Assembly: GCA_002269645.1 (NCBI GenBank)
Contig: NIVC01003357.1
Location: 38,586-102,585, forward strand
Direction: 5' to 3'
Length of the DNA: 64,000 nucleotides
Origin: Macrostomum lignano
Lineage: Eukaryota
A model generated the notes under the pieces. It worked only from the letters and a program-made list of their open reading frames with translations. It searched no databases and was not told the DNA's origin. This document shows, one piece after another, positions 1-15,634 of the stretch (the stretch's first letter is position 1; each line of letters begins with the position of its first letter). Position numbers and translations under genes: made by a program.

Positions 1-225
1 CCCTTTTTTTACATGATGCTTCTTCTATCAGCACCCCCCGTGGCAAGCCAACAAAGAATGTAATAAAAAATTGAGAAAACTACATATAGTTTCTGGCTTT
101 TGCCTTGACATCTCAGAAATCCCCCATAATCTTTTACATCTCAGTTATTCTCTATGAGCCTTGATATCATAGTAATTTTCCTCAAGAGTCATAGTACAGT
201 TTTATGTGATGCTTCTTTTATTTTT
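1..225 (-). repeat. Copy of a dispersed repeat family, in opposite orientation to the copies at 43.3-44.65 kb
   Basis: The reverse complement of 1-225 contains GAGATGTCAAGGC..AGAA.CTA.ATGTAGTTT..CAATTTTTTATTACATTCTTTGTTGGCTTGCCACGGGGG..CTGATAGAAGAAGC.TCATGTAA, which matches about 43930-44150 by eye. Confidence 0.85.
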
Positions 226-1529
226 GACATTTAACAGAAACTACAAAGGTGCCAAGGTCAGGATTGTGTACCACTGTACGCCGGAATGAAAATTGCTTCC
301 GTAGCTCATGCATGCCAATGTATGCCAACGAAATTTTTATCGCATACAAAAATATGCCAAAATAAAGATGACAAATTACAACTAATATTAAAAGCTAGCA
401 AAATTTTAACATTCAAACAACCTGTGTTAAACCTGAAAATCTTTTTACTAAACTGTAGACAATTAGTTCATTTTAACTATTTTTGTTTTACTTTTACTTT
501 CTTGGAAAGGTTAAACCCAGTTTTTTTTATTTAGTTTTCTGTTTTTTTTTTGTAAAGGGCCAGCCAAATTTTTTCTGATCAAAATTTAGCTAAATGTACA
601 TGGAAACAATGCCAAATGCAAACTTAATCATTTTTGTATGCTAATTATGTAGATTGATTGTTGGGACTTAGAACTTTTGGTCCCACCTGCTGGTCTTGGC
701 AATCTCTATACGCCAAGCTGTATGCCAAGAGGGCATGCCAGGCGCCTTTGTATGTCAAGTTGTACACCAATGTGTAATCTAGGTCCCTCTGTATATCGGA
801 AAATTCCAACGTACATATATGGGCATTTCCGCCAAATAGGGACACAAATTGTGTCCGAGTGTGCAAAGAAGAAGAAAAATGTTGAAAACAGGAAATCTAA
901 CTAGAATTTGTTATTAAATTTCTTTTTTTATCTTGTAGAAGCACAAGAAATTTTCTGGTAACAATAAAAGTTGCCGATAAAAGTTATACTGATCTAAGAA
1001 GACGATTAATACCGTAGGAGCATAAAATTTTATATTGAGGCGTAATTGCTTGCTTATAATTAACTTTCTTTCAGTCAATAATTTTTTAATTGTTTCTTAA
1101 TGCTTTTAATCAACTTTTTAATTCAGATTTTGTTATTTTTGCGCATAAGTTCATACGATATTTTTTAACTTTGTCAAAATGTTTTTTTCTGCGTGATATA
1201 CCGAACGTAAATCTCTAATTTTACTTTTCAGTAACTAGCCGATCACCGTAATTATTCAGAAGTTCCAGTGCAACTTTGCAAGCAGCAAGCAATGCATATG
1301 CTTCCACAATCTAGAGAAAGTTTTTCTGAAGCAATATTACAAGTAAATGTGGGGAAAATTGATTTAGTACTATGTAAATTAATATCTACATACTATAGTG
1401 CAAAATGTAAATTACATTTTTATTGATAAATAAACAAGAAATTAATGTGAAACTGTTTTATTTTCCAGCTTTTATACTTAATGATAGTCTTGTAAGACTG
1501 ATTTTGAGAAAAAAAACTAGCGAAAAAAA

Positions 1530-1910
1530 AATAAAGGGTACAACATGAAAATACATCTCGTGTAAGTAGTGTGCTTACTACATTTAAATGTTAATATTTA
1601 AGGTATTTTGACAGATTAAGGTTCAGCAGACCACTTTTTGTGAAGCTCTGTATGTCGGCAATCCATAAATATATCGTTTTCAGCTAATGAAAAGCACTAA
1701 AAAAAATTATTGGGTACAACATGAGTACAATCTTGTGGTTAAGATGTCACATCGAAAAAAATTAATGTCTTAGAAAAATGTATTAAGCAAATTCTATTGC
1801 TAAAAAATATACTGATACATCATCGCAAAGATGTTTTCCTTCATTTAAGCTAAAAAACGTGTAGATTGAAAGCCTTATGAGTAAATGAGAGGGTACAACA
1901 TGAGTACAAA
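1530..1910. repeat. Degenerate repeat with period of about 175-180 bp
   Basis: GGGTACAACATGA recurs near 1536, 1711 and 1890. Confidence 0.4.
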
Positions 1911-3544
1911 CGATACAAAAACTTACCGTTTATAATTTTTGGTATAGCAAGAAAACTGACAAAAATCAATGATTTCTTGCAGGTGTTGTGACGAAAAGGA
2001 ATGATTTTAACAAAGTTTAATGTGTTTTTTTCATGAAACAAAGAGAATTACTATCAACAATGTTTTTTCGCTCTTTTATTCAATGTTGAAGTTAAAAATT
2101 GTGTGTTTGGACATCCAAAAAAGTGGCGTCTACGTAAGTTTAAAATGGTTTATTCAACATTAATTTTGCGATTAACAATCTTTAAATAGCTTTAAATTGA
2201 GCAAAAGTGGTTGTATTTTTCAGTTTAAGTCCTTGTTTGACTTCAATTAGCTGGCTTAAGCTACAATTCATCATTTTCTGTTTGTTGAAGTGTAATTTTC
2301 CGATAGTGCCTAATTGGCGGAAATGCCCATATACTATCCGGAGTCTAGCAAAGGTGGATATTCCTGGACTTCAAAGACTTCTAACTTGTATCTTGATTAA
2401 TATGTTGTTATATTAGTGTATGTCTTATACACCAAAGACCAAATTATGCCAAAGTAAATACACATTATAACTACTTTGCTTGCACTAGTATATAACAAAA
2501 TATTAATCAGGATACAAGAAAAGGTCTTAAAATCTAGAATATTCATCACTAAACAAATATATACTTGTGTTAGCAATTTAACTGGACAAAAAGCAAAAAG
2601 GCTATTTGTCCAGTCACTCAACAAAAAATAACTGCTAAAATTATTAATTAGTAATTATCTATTTATTAAGCTAAAACTAAAAGTGTCATTTCAATGAGTG
2701 TTTCATTGACATAATTTCATTTAGGATACATAAAATAAGTTTGATTTTTAGAACCTATCAAATAAATTTATGTACTTAGATTATCCCAAGTCAAAGACAA
2801 GTCAATTAGTCAAAGGACAAGGTTCATTATTGTCTGCCTAGATAAGCCAGTCCACACATTATCTGAAGTTAGCAACCATTTAAAAAGCATACAGGAACTT
2901 TTAAAAATTATTCAAAACAATGCACACGTTGCAACTTACAATTTCCTTGACACTGACTTCGGCTAGATTTGACATGCTCAAATCCAATTCACGACCATCG
3001 ACGTGCTTCTTGTACATTTTAGATTTTTTTTGTTCACTGTTGTTATCTAAGCTAAAGAATTTTTTAAGTCAAAAGATTTAGAGTGTTCAGTTTGCTTGAA
3101 ACTTACAATTTACACACACAAACTAACAATAGAGACAGCTGGTTCATGGCCAAAATCTACTATATATAAAGATTTTTGCTTGCGTGCTAAAAAACTAAAA
3201 GCGTTCTCAAAGTTCGTTATTTACGAAAATTAAATAACTAAATTTAATATACTTAAATGAGGAGACTAGTAATTACACTTCTGACAAAACTATATTAATT
3301 TTAGTGTAGGAAATGGTATGGTTGAGCTAAGCTAAAAATCCGAAAGTCGGGAGGTAAAGCAATGGTTTCTATCGCTAAGTAAATTTTTAACTGCTAGACT
3401 ATTTGCATCACTAGAAATAATTACATTACGCATGTATTAATGGAAGTGCACAGCTACTGTATATGCAGATAACAAACTTTTCCCAACTTCTAGCCATTTT
3501 GCTTGGTTATATATATATTACTTTATATATAGATATAGATTGCC

Positions 3545-3985
3545 CAAGGACGACTTAAGTAGAAGGACGGGAAACCTCTTGAAGGCAGGTTTTCTCGAAA
3601 AAATACACAAACGAAGTTTTCATTTTTCAGCACAAAAATTGTTATTGCTTTTTATAGAAGGCAGATCCAGTGTTCATCTTTAGATTTATGGATATCGATA
3701 AAGCAATAAGAAAGGCAATAAATAACCTATGTAGAATATAGACTATACTGTGCTATATTCAGTAATAATGTTGACCCAAGTTTGGTTCACACAAATCATG
3801 TCATGACATGACTCAACAACATATCAAAAGATGAACACTGGATCGGCCTGCAACCAAAAGCAATAACAATTTTTGTGCTGAAAAATGAAAACTTCCAATC
3901 TGCGTAGTTTATTTTTTCGGAAAAACCTGACTTCAAAAATTTTCCAAGAAACGAGGTTTCCCGTCTTCTACTTAAGTCGTCCTTG
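3545..3985. mobile_element. Non-autonomous DNA transposon (MITE, 441 bp) with long imperfect TIRs and 8-bp TSD; P- or hAT-like
   Basis: Starts CAAGGACGACTTAAGTAGAAG and ends CTTCTACTTAAGTCGTCCTTG. The inverted match extends about 140 bp. Flanked by AGATTGCC at 3537-3544 and 3986-3993. Confidence 0.9.
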
Positions 3986-5685
3986 AGATTGCCACGTGTA
4001 TACTAAACGCTGGCAGCGATTGTAAGTTGAGCACAATAAAGGCTCTTAATTCGAGTAAACATCAGGCAATTGTATTGTAGCTCTTCAGTTCTTGGTTTGA
4101 AGCAGAGCCCAAAGTGACCATTGCAGTACATGTATATGTACAGCCAGTAAGCTAGCTAACCTATTGCATTTATGTGGAAATGTTCTCTCAAGTTAAATAC
4201 ACACTAACACTGAAAGCCCATAATGAAAAGCTATACATGTACTCAACGAGGTCATAAAACGTTAAAACTGGAAACCTGCGTAAGACTTAGAATATTAAAT
4301 AAAAATACAAATAAATCGCACACAAAGTGCATTGCATTCTTCACCAGAAAGCGAATCAAGCTAAAAATCAGCGCTGTATATTATTCGTACAAGATCGCAT
4401 ATTGATACTGTAAATACGATTTATAAATAGAAGCAAAAAACGTCTGCACCTAAACGAATTAGCCGAACGCCTGGTGGAATTTAAATATTATAATTCATCC
4501 CGTTATAATAAATAGGTATTAACACCACTTGAATTATTCGCATATTACGTTGTAGTAATACATTTTTTAGTATAGCGGATCTGTCTATTAACCGAATTGA
4601 TAAGATAGGTACATGAGCAATAGTGCATATTTAAGAAAACACCCGCTGGTAGGCGACGTGAAGGAGAATATACACAAAGCTTGTACAACCGAAATTACAG
4701 CGACGCATTATTTTATACTCTTAAAAATCTAAACATTAGTAGAGTACGAGCGATGCGGTGCACGAAGCTTGATGTGATAAAAATAATTTTATGCGAGTTA
4801 ATAAATAAATATTGCCGGTTAAGGCACGGGCATGCAACAATTATTATATCTGATTGATAGCAATTCGACTGCAGTCAATCCTATCATTGGATCGCACATC
4901 CTGCACACGCTAAACAGTAACAAATATATCGATTTTTAATTGACAGAAGTGCAAGCAGATAAATTTGTACTCTCACGAGTAGATGGACTAATTAAACCAA
5001 ATCGAAAATATACACTGTAAATTCTATAAATATGGCATTCTAATCAGCTGCACCATCTCCATAAAAATAACAGGTAAATATTACAATATTAACCCAAATC
5101 AGCAAAAACGACACAAAACAAGTACTAAAAGTAGCCAATCTACACTGAAACTGAAATTCTACAAAAAGCTCACATTCTGTACACAAAGCAGGTAGCTACA
5201 CTACTATATGTACTATATGATGCGCTCGCGCACACAGCAGAAACAGAGATAGGCCTCCAGGAGAGACGAGGACAAACAATCTAAAGATTAAACAAAAATC
5301 ATAGTTAAACAAATCATCTTCAAGAACGCGAGGATATCATAATAATTATGACTAATAATATGATAAAAATAGAAATAAACTCGCAAATTGCTGCATAAAA
5401 GCATAAATTTACAATAAATAAATAAATCCTGTCTGCGCATAGAACAGAGAGATAAGCGAGTGAGTATTAGCTAGTGGAACTGCAATCCACAGCATAAGGA
5501 AATACGCGCTAAATCTTCGAGCAATGCTTGAGGATTGAGGACAAAAAACATCTGGTCTAGTTAAGACAGACAAAAAGTTCCTTCGTCACTGAGACGAATT
5601 ACAATCGGAGTAAGCGGGAAAGATAAACAAATAAACTGTACTCTGCTTTACCAAAGTCTCAATAACAGAGAAGACGCAACTCATG

Positions 5686-5775
5686 TTAAGACAAGTTGCA
5701 CTTTTTTTCGTCCTTCAAGTTGCCCATCGATTTCTCAACCTGCAGCAGGCAGCGCTCAAACACGGCGTCTACATT
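5686..5775 (-). CDS. Rheb: Rheb-family GTPase, exon 3 (NVDAVFERCLLQVEKSMGNLKDEKKCNLS*)
   Basis: TTTCAG acceptor at 5776-5777, phase 0, matching the exon 2 donor. Ends in CAAX box CNLS then TAA. Confidence 0.85.
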   Translation of the reverse strand, partial: NVDAVFERCLLQVEKSMGNLKDEKKCNLS

Positions 5776-6309
5776 CTGAAACACAATTTAAGGTAAAATG
5801 ATTGGGTCAATTCTGGCTTGGAGTCCTGGATGGCCAGGAAAGACCACTTAGCGTCGCAAGGGGCTTTTTCCGTCTAAACAGACTCTTAGTGTCATGGTCA
5901 TTGAGTCAGTGTGTTAGGTTGGCTAGTTTATGACTCTGGTCATTTTTACTGCTGCTTCAATACTGATTAGATTAATAACAATAACATTGAAATTGATATA
6001 CACATGTACCATGTATTCTACCCGAACTCGATCGTAGTTTTCGGACTTACAATTCTTCTTAGGTCTCGAGTAGTACTCGTAGTTCGATTAGTTGCATAAA
6101 ATCAGCGAAGTCTATGATAAAATCAAAGATATGAAAAGCGATCAGTGTACTAGAGAGCATACTCTCTATGACCATCATTACATGTAAACAATAATTACAC
6201 ATATTATTAATACTGCGCAAAATCGCTTAAATTACTCAACTTGTCCAAAATCCAAGCTCAGTCGGACCCTAGCACCCGTGCCCAACCAAGAAATTCACTA
6301 ATTAATCAC

Positions 6310-6719
6310 CTGGTTGCACTTGGCCGACGCGAACACAACAGGGCAGCCCCAGTCGCCAGCCAGTTTAGTAACTTCTTCTGCCGAAACCTGGCACTCGTCA
6401 GTCAAATCCACCTTGTTGCCAACTAGCACCATTGGCAGGTTCTTGTAGCCGGTGCTTTCAACTAAGTTATTCCTAGTGACGCGCAGCTGCTCAAGAGACT
6501 TTCTGCTAGCCATGGAGAACACTAGTACCCAGCCGTCAACATTGAGCATGGAGCTGGACGAGCCGGGCGAGCCGGACTCCTGTCCAGCTGTGTCAGCAAT
6601 CTCCAGGTGATAGGATTGGCCTAACAGTGTCACATCTTTGTGCATCTTGTCGTCCAGGGTTGGCATGTAGTCCTCGTAGAATGTGTTTTGGGTGAACCGC
6701 ATGCTGAGACTGCTCTTGC
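6310..6719 (-). CDS. Rheb: Rheb-family GTPase, exon 2 (GKSS...DTAGQE...NKVD...SAKCNQ)
   Basis: Contains the G1 end and the G2 (PT), G3 (DTAGQ), G4 (NKVD) and G5 (SAK) motifs. CAG acceptor at 6722-6720 (phase 1). GT donor after NQ at 6309, where, from recall, human RHEB also has an intron. Confidence 0.92.
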
Positions 6720-9700
6720 CTGAGTCAAATGGGAAGGATTTATTTAATAGGTGAGCTGATGATCTTGTGTTCAAAATGAGCAACAAATTTTTGTGCTAAA
6801 CACCCAATCAAATAGAACAGTGAACAATATTATGCTTATAGTAGCTCTATTTTGAAACAATTATTAATGAGCTTTTCACAACTTATAAACCTAGATGCTA
6901 GTCTCTAAATTATACATGTGCAACACCCGGCCGACTGGCTTGGAGCCCAGCCAAGATAAGTTGCAAAAATGCCCACCCAAAAATAGACGCCGCACTTATT
7001 AGATGACAAGACACTTAGCCTTAATAAGACAGTCATAGTTACTTCTGCCGTTTACCTAAAATTGCGTTGATTTTTGCTTTTGGTTTTATTTTACAGGTAA
7101 GTCACATTTTTGGTCAAAAAGTAAGTCACATGGCCAGTGTAAATCAGGGGGTTGCGCATGTATGCTTTAAATACACATGTTATATGTACATAGCATGAAA
7201 CTAAGAAATTCCAAAATATTATAACATGGTGAAGTTACAGTTTCAATTGACAATTAGAAAGTGACTGACTTTGTTTGCTTAGCTTCTGATTTAAGTCAAG
7301 ATTTTAAGAAAGTCATTTTAAGTCATTTTAAGTAATTAAATTGACACTATTATTCTTTGTTTTAATGTATATCTTTGTTATAAATTTTAAATTTAAAAGA
7401 ATATGGAATATATGGATTAGTATTTTGGTTGGTATATATTGGTAAATTTTGGCATAAATAACAAAATCACATTTCTACATTTTTTGTATACATGACATAT
7501 TTAGCACCCATTTTCCTAGTTTGCTATTCTGGCATACAGGTGCCACTTTCCTGCATATGGAGTACACCTTCTTGACTTGAGGCCTAGGCTTCATTTAAGT
7601 AGTTTAGTAAAAAATCAATTTAAATTAAATAATATCAACAAAGGATTTTTTAGGATACTTATTTACTACTTATTGTAATTTTTATATACTAGAGAATTAT
7701 AAATAGTTATTAAATAAGTTGGACTTTTCTATAAGACTACACTATATGGCTAAACTATAATAATTGAAAAATGTAAAACTAATACTCAATTTATAGTTTG
7801 GAAGGTGACATATATGCTGGGATTTCCTGGCACACAACAAGGGTACTTGCCATTTTTAGCATATATGAGTGTATATTACAATAGGGATTGACCAACAAAA
7901 TTTTTTTGTGGGTGATTAGAACTAGACCATGCATAAAACTGTGTGACCAAGAGTTTTTTATAACATACATTTGAATTTAAACACAGAAAAATTACTATTA
8001 ACACTACTAAGTCTAGTAATTTTTATTTATTTTTACCTTTGTTTTATCATGTTTATTGTTTAACCATATTTTATTATATGGCTTTGTTATATCTATACTG
8101 ATTTGTTGCAATTTTGGTTCTGCTATGACTTAAAAAAGTAAGGTTTAATTTACAAAATTCACAAATTGTAATTGGCAAAAGACCATTCATGATCTTTTCC
8201 CTGTGATCACAGTTTTTGTTATTGTGACCATGAACACAGTTGATCCTTATATCCATCCTGATAGAATACAATCCACTTTGGTAACAGCCACTTCAATAAC
8301 AGTTACTTCAGTAACAAAGCAGATTTATAACTACAATGCTATATTCATATTTTCATAGTAATTTACTTCAACAAATTTTAGTTTCATAAGTAACATTTAA
8401 ACTTTTTTATTGCCAAGTATAGTTTAATTTTCTAGTTAAAGTAAATTATATTTTGTTTAAATTTATGCATTAAATTTGCAAAAAAATTAAAGGCAGCAAA
8501 GAACATTACACAATGGTTGAAATTGAAATTTGGAATTAAGTAGTTATAAATGAAGAAAAAAGTAGATTTTGGTAAATGAAGTTGCTAGCTCAATGATTCT
8601 CAGTTGGTCAATAGGATGTCTCAGCTTGTATATGTATCTGGTAATTAAAATAAAATACATGTACATAGATTAAAAACACACATAGTTTTCAATTTGTTTG
8701 CAAAATCTTTTTTAGTATATTAATCAATACATACTGTTAGTATTCTACTGTAGCTATGGCTAGGGCTAAAGGATCTTATGGCAAATATGATAAAATAGGT
8801 ACCTATGGCAACTATGGATATGCCTATGGTAGATAGCTACTCTTACAGCTACAACTATGGAAATATGGTAGTTTTTGTCACATTCTGTAGCTTCCAATAG
8901 CTATAGTTAATTTTTAAAAATATTAGAAACAGGTAGAGTAAAACAAAGATACTTTGGTTAACTGTATTATAGACTTTATATATGCGCAACTGCTAACTGA
9001 CCTGGCTAATCCAGCCATTGCAAATTGTGGTAGACCAGGGTAAGTCACAAAATTGAGTCATCAAAAATGAAAAAAAAACAAGAACAAAGAAAGAAATAGA
9101 GGCAAAAGGAAAAAGAAAGAGAAAAGAGTGGTACAAGGAAGTAAAAATGGTGAAGCAAAAGAAAAACAAGTTGCAACAGAAGCCAATTAAGTTACACAAA
9201 TAGCTAACTTAATTAGTTGCACAAAAGGGTTAGGTAAGTTTCAAAAAGATTAGGTAAGTTGCAAAATGAGCAACTGAGTCGCAATCAAAGGAAAGTAAGT
9301 TGCAATTAGAGGCAATTAGGGGATAGTAGGTGCAAGTGTGGCAGGAGAGCAAACCCAGAATAGAAGCCTTCAACCACAGACAAGATCTTTCTTGTCACTA
9401 TTGGCTAAGAGCAGTCATATGACTACTATTCTGTCCAATAGCAACTTACATGTATGTGTTGCTAATAGAAATGGCCGGGTGAATCCCTAGGTTGCACCCA
9501 AGCATGGTTGGCAAATTCTGGCTTGCAAAGCCCTTCTATCTGGCCCTTGCCCCTTGGGTTCTTTGAAACCTTTCCAATTAGCAAGGTTAGTGTCTTTTCA
9601 ACTCTCTTTTCTTTCTTTCTTTTCTTCTCTACCTACTTTGCCTCCCTTTTCTCTTTCTCCCCTTTTCCCTCCTCTCTCCTCTCCTTTTCCTCTCCTCTTT

Positions 9701-10057
9701 TCTCCCCTTTTCTCTCTACCTTTTCTCAATGCCCTCTTCTCTCCTTTATCTTTAGCAAAATGTGGGTAAATTATCTTACTTCAAAGGAGAGGGAATAGAA
9801 GATTAGAGATGAGCAAACAGAGGAGAGGCGAATGATGCAATGGGAAAAAGATTAAAGAGAGAAAAGCTGAGCGAGGAGAGAGATCAGAGAGAAGAGGAAA
9901 TGAGAGGAAAGATGAGAGATATTATGATAGATGAGATCATAAAAAGAGGAGAGAAGAAAGAGGAAAGAAGAGAGAAGATAAGAAAGGAGAAGTGAGAGTA
10001 GATGAGAAAAGAGAGGATAAAGAGGAGAGATAAGATGAGAGTAGAGTGGTGAGAGAC

Positions 10058-11005
10058 CCCTATTGGAATAAGTTTTCAGACACTGTGGACAGTGCATCTA
10101 GTGCGCCATGGCAATCATAAAGTGGCCTGGACGGTGCGTCATGACAATCTTCAAATCCTAAGGTGGTATGGACGATGTGTCATTCAAATCTTCAAATCCT
10201 AGGGTGCCATAGCACTCTAGGTTTAGGTGATATTGTGCATGACTCCAGTCTCTATCATGTTCATTCTGATGATGCATCACTCGTTTTTGAGAGATTTAAA
10301 GAGATTGAGAGAAAATTGTCTTTGCCTTATCCACACACTTTTTCAGTAGTAGTTGTAGCACTTTGGCTCCGCTCGGGTTATCAAATCTGATAACTATTTA
10401 GCATGGTGTTTCGAAGAATATTTTCACATTTAAATGTCAGCATAAATAAATGTACGCGCAACCAATCAAAAAGATAATTAAACAAAGCAGAAAATTTGTT
10501 GAGACTTTTAATAGAATTTAGTTTACTTTTTTATTTCTTGCAACTGCGTTATAAGAGAACATTAAGAGCAATTAGCATTTGGCACTATGTTATAATGTTT
10601 ATGAGGCAATAAAGAACATTTCTGCTACGATCTTTCAACTACAATTTCCAATTTTACGATTAACTTGCATGCATATTCTAGATGACACAACAATCAATAC
10701 ATATGATAGGAGATATGCTATACTATAGCCCATAGCAATATTATCAAAGTTATAGAAATTAGAAAAACAAGTTTTACTTACAGTTTGCTGAATTTCCACC
10801 GTGCTGCTGACTTTCTCCTGTGCATGCTTCTCATCCTTGTTCAGCAGCGCTGTATGTAGCCCGTGATGTCCTCCTTGCATCTTACCTGTGAGCTGCTGTG
10901 CGTCATGGCGCATGGCGCGCGTAGCGCGCCATGCGCCATGACTATGAGGAAAAAGAAAAAGTGCGCCGGACGCCGTCCGCGAAAATACCACTTATTCCAA
11001 TAGGG
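10058..11005. mobile_element. Non-autonomous class II element (948 bp), 16-bp perfect TIR, 8-bp TSD, superfamily unassigned
   Basis: TIR CCCTATTGGAATAAGT / ACTTATTCCAATAGGG. TSD TGAGAGAC at 10050-10057 and 11006-11013. It splits a GA-rich tract and lies in Rheb intron 1. Confidence 0.88.
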
Positions 11006-12999
11006 TGAGAGACAAGAGGAGAGATAAGAATTTAGAGAGGAGAGAGGAAAGATAAGAGAGAAGAAAGGAGGTATGAAGGATGAGAGAAAAAAAGAGGAGA
11101 TAGATGAAAAGATTGAGGAGAGGAGAGAAGTTGCAAAGGCCTCAAATCTTAATTTAACATGCATTTACTCCTATCTTTGTTTGCATTTTTCCTAACTATT
11201 AACAAGTTTTTGTTTTAGCATGACTTCAAATTTAAGAATCTATGCAAATATTGTTCTAGGAATGGGAATTTAATGGTTTCAAAATCTGCAGGTTTTAACA
11301 GCTTGTATCTCTATTGGATTTGTATTCTGTATCTGATGAGCCATTTGAATCAGTGCTCTCATCTTCCATGCTAAATTGTCTATCAAGTGAAATTATTCTT
11401 GAGCTATAGGTGAATACATAGTGAATTGTATTATATTACATTCACTTCACTTTTACTTTTAGATATTTATGAATCATGACTTATATAGTATACTCATTAC
11501 ACTGTGTTAAGACAATTTACAAATTGAAATTGCCTCATAGGCATCCACTAGATGGCATACTATTATAAAACACAAGTAATTTTCAAGTCAAAGTTACTCC
11601 TTCTGTTTACCCAAAAGTATGTATATTTGCTTAGCTATTATTTTATGTCACATTTTTATTGCAAACTAAGTTGCATGGCCAGCATAATTTCAGAGGTTGT
11701 GCATATATGATAGACTTAGAAACTTATAGATTATACCTAATAAAGTATAATAAAATACTAGCAAACTTTAACTTTTATTAATGTAAGAAAAATTTAGCAT
11801 TAATACTTTTAGTAGGCCTAGTGATTGAATATTATTACTCTTTGTAAAAAAATGAAATATAATCTTACAAAGGCAATCAAGTGTTTGTTTTATTTTTTAC
11901 CTTAATTTGCAATTGATTAAGCACCAGGTTATCTTCTTTATTCAAAATACTTTTTCCTAGACTTTTGTTAAAACTATGGCTATAGCTATAGAACCTAATG
12001 GAATATAATAATATTGTAAAGTAATTTTATATATAAATTGAATCTCCGCACTTTTTATGATGTATCCGGTGTTCTTGAATACTATTGTGTTATTATTTAG
12101 TCAATATTTATTCAGTAATGAGTTTCCTATTTCCGCGATACCTATTGTACATACTTACTTTACTACTATTGTTTTATTGTATGCTAATTCCTATTGTATT
12201 TCAAACACAAATGCGCTATGTTTTGGTGTTAGGTCTCCTGGGTGCCATAGTAGTTGTAGTTGTAAGGTTGCATAGCCGTTCCAGAGTTCTGTCAATCGAG
12301 TTTTATTTCAATAATAGATCTAGTCATTATTTAGAATATATCTTAATTACTTTGATTACATAGATTGTTTAGATCCAAATATATATGAAATAAATTAGGG
12401 CACATTGCACCCACAAGCCAAGAAGGCATTTGTTCATTCATCTGTTATCAGTGCTATCACAAAACGAAATTAAAGTGATTGTTTGAATTGTTGAACCATC
12501 AAGAAACTTATTTTACAATATTGGAATCCCAATGGCTATAGAATACAAAGAATTGGAATAAGCTATAGTTTTGCTAATGGCTATGGTATATGGACCTCCT
12601 TATGGTGGAACATTATATATTGTTATTTCTTTTTGTTACCAAAATGGCTATTTCTAAAGTGGCTATTACTGAATTGGACTGTTACCAAATGTGAGGGTTC
12701 CCCGACAGATATTCCCGACAGATATCTTCTCCTTCGAATGGAAAATTCAAACAAAAAATGAATTTATGTTTTGGGATGCATTACTTACTCTGATGCCGTA
12801 TTCAGCTTTAAAATTTTGTAGACAAAAATTTTATGTCTTAAAGAAAAAATATTGGTACGAATACAAAGTGTGTCGAAACAAATTTTATCACACATTCCTT
12901 ACAAAAAAATTCTCACGCCAAAGAACTTATGAAGTAACAGTAGCAATGAATTTTTTGTCAGTTTCTGACACATGTCTCAGCTTTGCAATGACACCTTAG

Positions 13000-14426
<1,427 letters not shown>

Positions 14427-14771
14427 ATATATAAGATCTGTATATAACATTGTCAAAATAGAATAAGAAATAAAAATAAAAACAATTTCAAATATATTGA
14501 TTCATGTCATAAAACAACTTAATTTTTAGCAAACAAAAAGTACCTAAAACATTTCTTTTATAATTATCTTTTCTTAGTAAATGTGGCAAAAGTGCATAAT
14601 TTTAAGTTTGTTACTTTGCATGAATAATGAATTTATTTTAAAAATGGAGCAAAACCAAAAAATGCACTTTAAAAATGTACAAATTTGGCATCTAAAGTAA
14701 AAACATTTTTTGTCCCAATATACAAATGAGGTCCTACTACACTTTTTTTCCTACTAGACCCAACCAACACC

Positions 14772-15435
14772 CCATAGTCAGGAAGGTGGCAGAGTGTGCG
14801 CCGGAACAAATTTTGGCCTCTCCCAAAATTGTGCGCCGTGCGCCGACACAAAAACCCTCGTGTGCGCCGTTGTGCGCCCGCCACTACCTGCCTTGCGACA
14901 ATAAAAGACCTTTTTTTACAACATAGCAACAATTTTTGTGCGCCAATATACGGGACGGTTACGGGCTATCTATATTATATTATGAGAAATTGAGATCGTT
15001 AAACCGAAAATAGAAATTTAAAAAATTTTTAATTAAATTTCTAATTTTTAAAACAAAACAAACATAAAAAGTAAGCAAATGGCAAAAACAAAGGTAAAAA
15101 GGAAAAAGAAAATATTTTATTTTATTTTTTATTTTTTGGTAGAATGCAGTGTTACATTAGATAGAACAGTGAATAGTGTACTGTAACAAGTAACGACTTA
15201 CATCGTTACATGGGATCGCCACAAGGGTAACGCTGCATGTGGCGCGGCGCCCGCCGCGCCGCGCCGCCATGCGCCGGTGTCCTCTGGTGTGCGCCGTTGT
15301 GCGCCGCTGTGCGCCAGTGCGCCGCTGTGCGCTGTTGTGGCGCGCCGCTGTGCGCCGTTGTGCGCCGTTGTGTGCCCAAAAAGGGCTTGTGTGCGCCGGA
15401 ATTTTCCGACCAAACTGCCACCTTCCTGACTGTGG
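14772..15435. mobile_element. MITE (664 bp) with about 20-bp TIRs, subterminal GTGCGCC repeats and 8-bp TSD (hAT-like by TSD length)
   Basis: CCATAGTCAGGAAGGTGGCAG ... CTGCCACCTTCCTGACTGTGG. TSD CCAACACC at 14764-14771 and 15436-15443. Clusters of TGTGCGCC at both ends. Confidence 0.85.
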
Positions 15436-15585
15436 CCAACACCTAGCTGGCATACACTAATATACAATCCAAACTAGGCTTATGGTACTTAATAGGTAGC
15501 ATAAGAATCAGTTTAGGAAAAGCAATAAAGATATGAACCTAGTCATTGTCTTTGACAAAAATTTATAGCCACAGAAAACACTTAC

Positions 15586-15634
15586 CAACAGATCTGCATC
15601 CTAAGACAGCAATTCTTCGACTTTTTGATGCCAT
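15586..15634 (-). CDS. Rheb: Rheb-family GTPase, exon 1 (MASKSRRIAVLGCRSV-G)
   Basis: Matches the human Rheb N-terminus SKSRKIAILGYRSVGKS, including the Rheb-diagnostic Arg-Ser in the P-loop. GTAAG donor at 15585 is phase 1 and completes GGC with exon 2. Confidence 0.9.

Noticed and set aside
236-1345. Several AG/GT-bounded segments (near 238, 670, 940, 1231) suggesting a plus-strand spliced gene
   Set aside because: I could not assemble a consistent frame or recognise any protein family. It could be UTR, lncRNA or chance.
9508-11164. Hydrophobic Phe/Leu/Ser-rich ORFs resembling membrane proteins
   Set aside because: They are translations of CT/GA low-complexity tracts.
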